64,000 nucleotides of DNA. Source: Lytechinus pictus (Eukaryota). The notes under the pieces are model-generated. The model was not told the DNA's origin, made no database searches, and worked only from the letters and a program-made list of their open reading frames with translations. How positions within the stretch are numbered: the stretch's first letter is position 1; the number at the start of each line of letters is the position of its first letter. This document shows positions 60,380-64,000 of this stretch, one piece after another. Made by a program: the position numbers and the translations under genes. The stretch lies in the NCBI RefSeq assembly GCF_037042905.1, contig NC_087252.1:10418001-10482000 (forward strand), read 5' to 3'.

Positions 60380-61800
60380 AAATCTAAATGTTTTAGTTCC
60401 TACTTTTATTGCGTCTTATGAGTGTCTCGAGCTTGCATTATTCCCAAGATCGAGGTAATATATTTTATTTTTTAGTTCCTACCATGCGCTTTCATCAATT
60501 AGTGAGATACCTATTCTGTTCATATAGTTACAAAAGTGCTAAAGATTTCTGGTCTAAAAGTTGGAAAATCAATTTTTTCTGCTCGGGCTTCGCGCTCGCA
60601 TAAATTGTTGAGTTAGATTAGAGAAGTACGTTTTCTAGTCAGAAAATGAAAATTTTGAGCTCGCGCTTCCCGTTCGCATCAGTTGTTAAGTGAAATACAC
60701 ATTCTGTTAATATATGTGATATAAAAATTGCCAGATTAAAATTCGGAAAATCTAAGATTTTCAGCTCGCTCTTCGCGCTCGCATCAGTTGTAGAGATGCT
60801 ACTGTTCTGTTCATGTTACAAATGCACCAAAATTTCGTGTTTAAAAGTCAGAAAATCATGAATTTTCAGCTCGCGCTTTTGCGCTCGCATCAATTGTTTA
60901 ATTAGCGAGATACCGATTCTTTTCATGGTTACAATTTTTTTTTTTTTATCTTGGTGCCCTCTTCAAAAGTTTAACCCCAGTGCGCCCCTAGCTGCTGAAT
61001 GAATCCCAGCTACGAAGAGAATTGAGTCGATTGCCTTCGAGATTGCATTATTCCCAAGAGGTTATCAATATTTAGTTCCTACTTTGCGCTCGCATCAATT
61101 AGTGAGATATCTATTCTGTTCATAGTTACAAAAAGTGCTAAAAATTTCGGATCTAAAAGTTGGGAAATCCAAAATTTTCAGCTGGCGCTTCGTTCTCGCA
61201 TAAATTGTTGAGTTAGATACCTACCTTTTAATGATTACGAGAAGTACATTTCCAGTTTTCTAGTCGGAAAATTAAATATTAAGCTCGCGCTTCGCGCTCG
61301 CATCAATCAATTGTTTAGTGAGATGCCTATTCTATAGTTACAAAATTTGCTGGAAATTGCCAGTTTAAAAGTCGGAAAATCAAAGATGTTGTTTAGTTTG
61401 ACACCTAGTATTCTGTTAAAAAGTGCTAAAAATTGAAGTTGAAAAGTCAAAATATCAAAAAAAATCAGTTAGCGCTTCGCGCTCGCACAAATTGCTTAGT
61501 TAGATACCTGTCTTCCAGTTTTCTAGTCGGAAAAATGAAAATGTTAAGCTTGTGCTTCGCACCCGCATTATTGGTGGCATCATGAGTCGATGGAATTAAA
61601 CCTTCAGGTCGCTTTTTAAATTCAGTAATTTTCAGCTCGCACTCGCAATTCCTCTTCAGGAGTCACTGCTAAATTTTTAGCTCGCGCTTCGACTCGCATT
61701 AAATTTAGTTAACACATCTTATTCATGATTATAAAGAACTGTTCAGAATATTAAATCTTTTGAGAAACATACCGCAAAAAATAGGTCGTGCTCGCGTTGT
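60380..61800. repeat. Degenerate tandem array of TTTTCAGCTCGCGCTTCGCGCTCGCAT-containing units (probable transposon interior)
   Basis: The motif recurs roughly every 80-110 bp. 60430-60700 is duplicated at ~61040-61320. Confidence 0.7.
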
Positions 61801-62971
61801 ATAGGCCTAGGCCTTGTGAGATACCTCGATCAATGTGTTTTTGTGAATAAAATATCAGATTTTCTTTAACTTTGGTCTGTATACCCCCCATTAAAAAAAA
61901 AATCTTGGTTAAGCCCCCCTCTCCACCCCGGTGCGCTCCTGCTGAATAAATCCCAGCTACGTCATTGATGAGGAGATTGAGTCGAATTGCATTAATCCCC
62001 AGGGGTTATCAATAATATTATTGAAGGCTATTATAAAAAAAAACAAGTAGTAAAAATTTAAAGAAAATACAGCACCCGCTCCCGGGGGGGGGGGGGGTAG
62101 TTAAATGTATTGCTGCACACATGAGTGACCGAATTATTTCCAAACACCCCCTAAACGAAGTTTTCTATGTGTGCAAAATAATAACCCCTATTAAGTTTTT
62201 CGCGGGCTTCATTTACAAATTTTGGCCCCTAAACAAGTTGTCGCCAGAATATGACCCTGGGGAAAAAACATACCCTAAATACATTTGACCCCGCGATTGA
62301 CCATTAACCAGGCTTTCAACACCATCTTTTTTTTTTAACAGTGTTTTTGACACGTTTGATACCCGTAACGAGTGCAGAAAATCGCTCGCGCTTCACGCTC
62401 GCATTTATTCATAAGTGATATTACATATATGGATTTTTTTTTTCTCTTCATGAACACATTAAAGGTTCTTCAATTGCCCTTTTTAAATGTGATTATGTAA
62501 TAAGATGATTCAACATGCAGGCACATTTTTTTTAAATTTTTGCCTGGCGGGGAGGGAGGGGGCGCCATTTTTCGAAAAGTACACACTCGGGTGCCAAATC
62601 AGGTCAAATTTGGGCCCCGGCTCCCCTACGAAATCCTGGATCCGCGCCTGCATGGATGCTGGTGCCGGTGGTGGTGGCCGGCCAGGTGATGATGATGGTA
62701 TTGGCGTGATATGATCATTAATGATCAATTTTTTTGTATTAAGTAGTTTTTATTGACAACTTCAATTCATATACAAAATAAATTATATATAACAAATAGA
62801 AGTTTGATGTCTTTACAAATTGATAAATACCTTGACAATTATAAATTTAACATCATTTTTTTTCTTGAATGTTACAATAAAACACAATCATGTCAGACAT
62901 CTTCTCAAACATAATTATAAATAACATTGTTAATAATAATATGCATTAAGAATAAACTTCTACAATAAATT

Positions 62972-63502
62972 CGGTTACACTTCGTAATTCCGAAGGTTCT
63001 TTATTCCGAAGGTTCGTAATTCCGAAACACGTAAATTGCCTATACCTCGATGTTCGTTAATCCGAAAAAGAAAAAGGGTTCGTTAATCCGAACATTTGTG
63101 GCGTTATTCCGACGGTTCGTTATTCCGAAGGTTCGATAATCCGAAAACGAAATAAGGTTCGTTGTTCCGAAGGTTCGATAATCCGAAAACGAAATAAGGT
63201 TCGTTGTTCCGAAGGTTCGTTAATCCGAAAACGAAATAAGGTTCGTTGTTCCGAAGGTTCGTTAATCCGAAAACGAAATAAGGTTCGTTGTTCCGAAGGT
63301 TCGTTAATCCGAAAACGAAATAAGGTTCGTTGTTCCGAAGGTTCGTTAATCCGAAAACGAAATAAGGTTCGTTGTTCCGAAGGTTCGTTAATCCGAAAAC
63401 GAAAAACGAAATAAGGTTCGTTTTTCCGAAGGTTCGTCAATCCGAAAACGAAATAAGGTTCGTTAATCCGAAAACAAAATAAGGTTCGTTAATCCGAAAA
63501 AT
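62972..63502. repeat. 42-bp tandem repeat array (GTTCCGAAGGTTCGTTAATCCGAAAACGAAATAAGGTTCGTT), probably the truncated end of a non-autonomous transposon
   Basis: Near-perfect direct repeats at 63120-63400 that translate as the 14-aa repeat FRFRINEPSEQRTL. Confidence 0.9.
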
Positions 63503-64000
63503 GAAAACCGGGAAAGCAGAGGCAGAGGCAAGGGATGGGGGGGGGGGCGGGGGACACTGTTGCCGTTCAATTGTTATGAGGATGGGAAGGCAAGGGCGGC
63601 CGAACGAATTTTCGTTCGGGGGGTAAAGCCAAAAAATGAAACTCATAGGTCAAAATGGGCACTTTGGTGATATAATCACCTTAAGTCATTGTGTGTTTGA
63701 TAGTGATTAAGTAGAGAAAAACTTTTTTGAAGTGACTTCTTATTATGGCAAAATGTATATTTAGGCTTTATTTTTCGGGAGAGAGTATAATGAGCGAGCG
63801 GCTTGGTAAAAAATAATTTAAAGGTGAAGTTGTAAAACTCGTTTAGGGGTCAATTATTCTTAAAATGCCATTATTACGAGGTGTTGCGAGCGTAAACCAC
63901 AAGCTAAAACTTAAGGGTATTTCAATAAAAAATGAAAATAAGTTTTTAAAAATCCGAGCAGATTTCTGCTGTAATTAAAAAGATGTGCATCGAACTAGAG

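Noticed and set aside
62972..63502. CRISPR-like regular repeats / 106-aa repeat ORF
   Set aside because: Units are contiguous with no unique spacers, there are no cas genes, and the context is eukaryotic. It is a simple tandem array.

Overview
AT-rich, intron-containing animal genomic DNA. The repeat landscape (G/C-run MITEs, tRNA-derived SINEs with L2-like tails, Academ/hAT/piggyBac/Kolobok-type non-autonomous elements) suggests a marine deuterostome invertebrate such as a sea urchin; this is an inference. Three genes lie on the + strand. (1) The last coding exon of a TLC-domain membrane protein resembling TLCD5/TMEM136 (220-669). (2) A five-exon, ~1123-aa gene with an N-terminal THAP domain, an acidic linker and a long C2H2 zinc-finger array (15955-32325); its short first exon is missing from the ORF track. 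(3) A divergent tandem paralog of ~888 aa (46614-52345) with the same finger architecture but no THAP exon of its own. The rest is a dense mosaic of nested non-autonomous DNA transposons, many with readable TIRs and TSDs, plus decayed L2 and RTE LINE fragments, SINEs and satellites. The most notable observations are: a ~57-nt mobile insert, present twice, that folds as a minimal type I hammerhead ribozyme with a variant core; phase-compatible exons that could let one THAP module be spliced onto either zinc-finger cassette; a recently shared segment upstream of the main exons of two anciently diverged paralogs; and a cluster of long-TIR Academ-like elements, one containing LINE debris.
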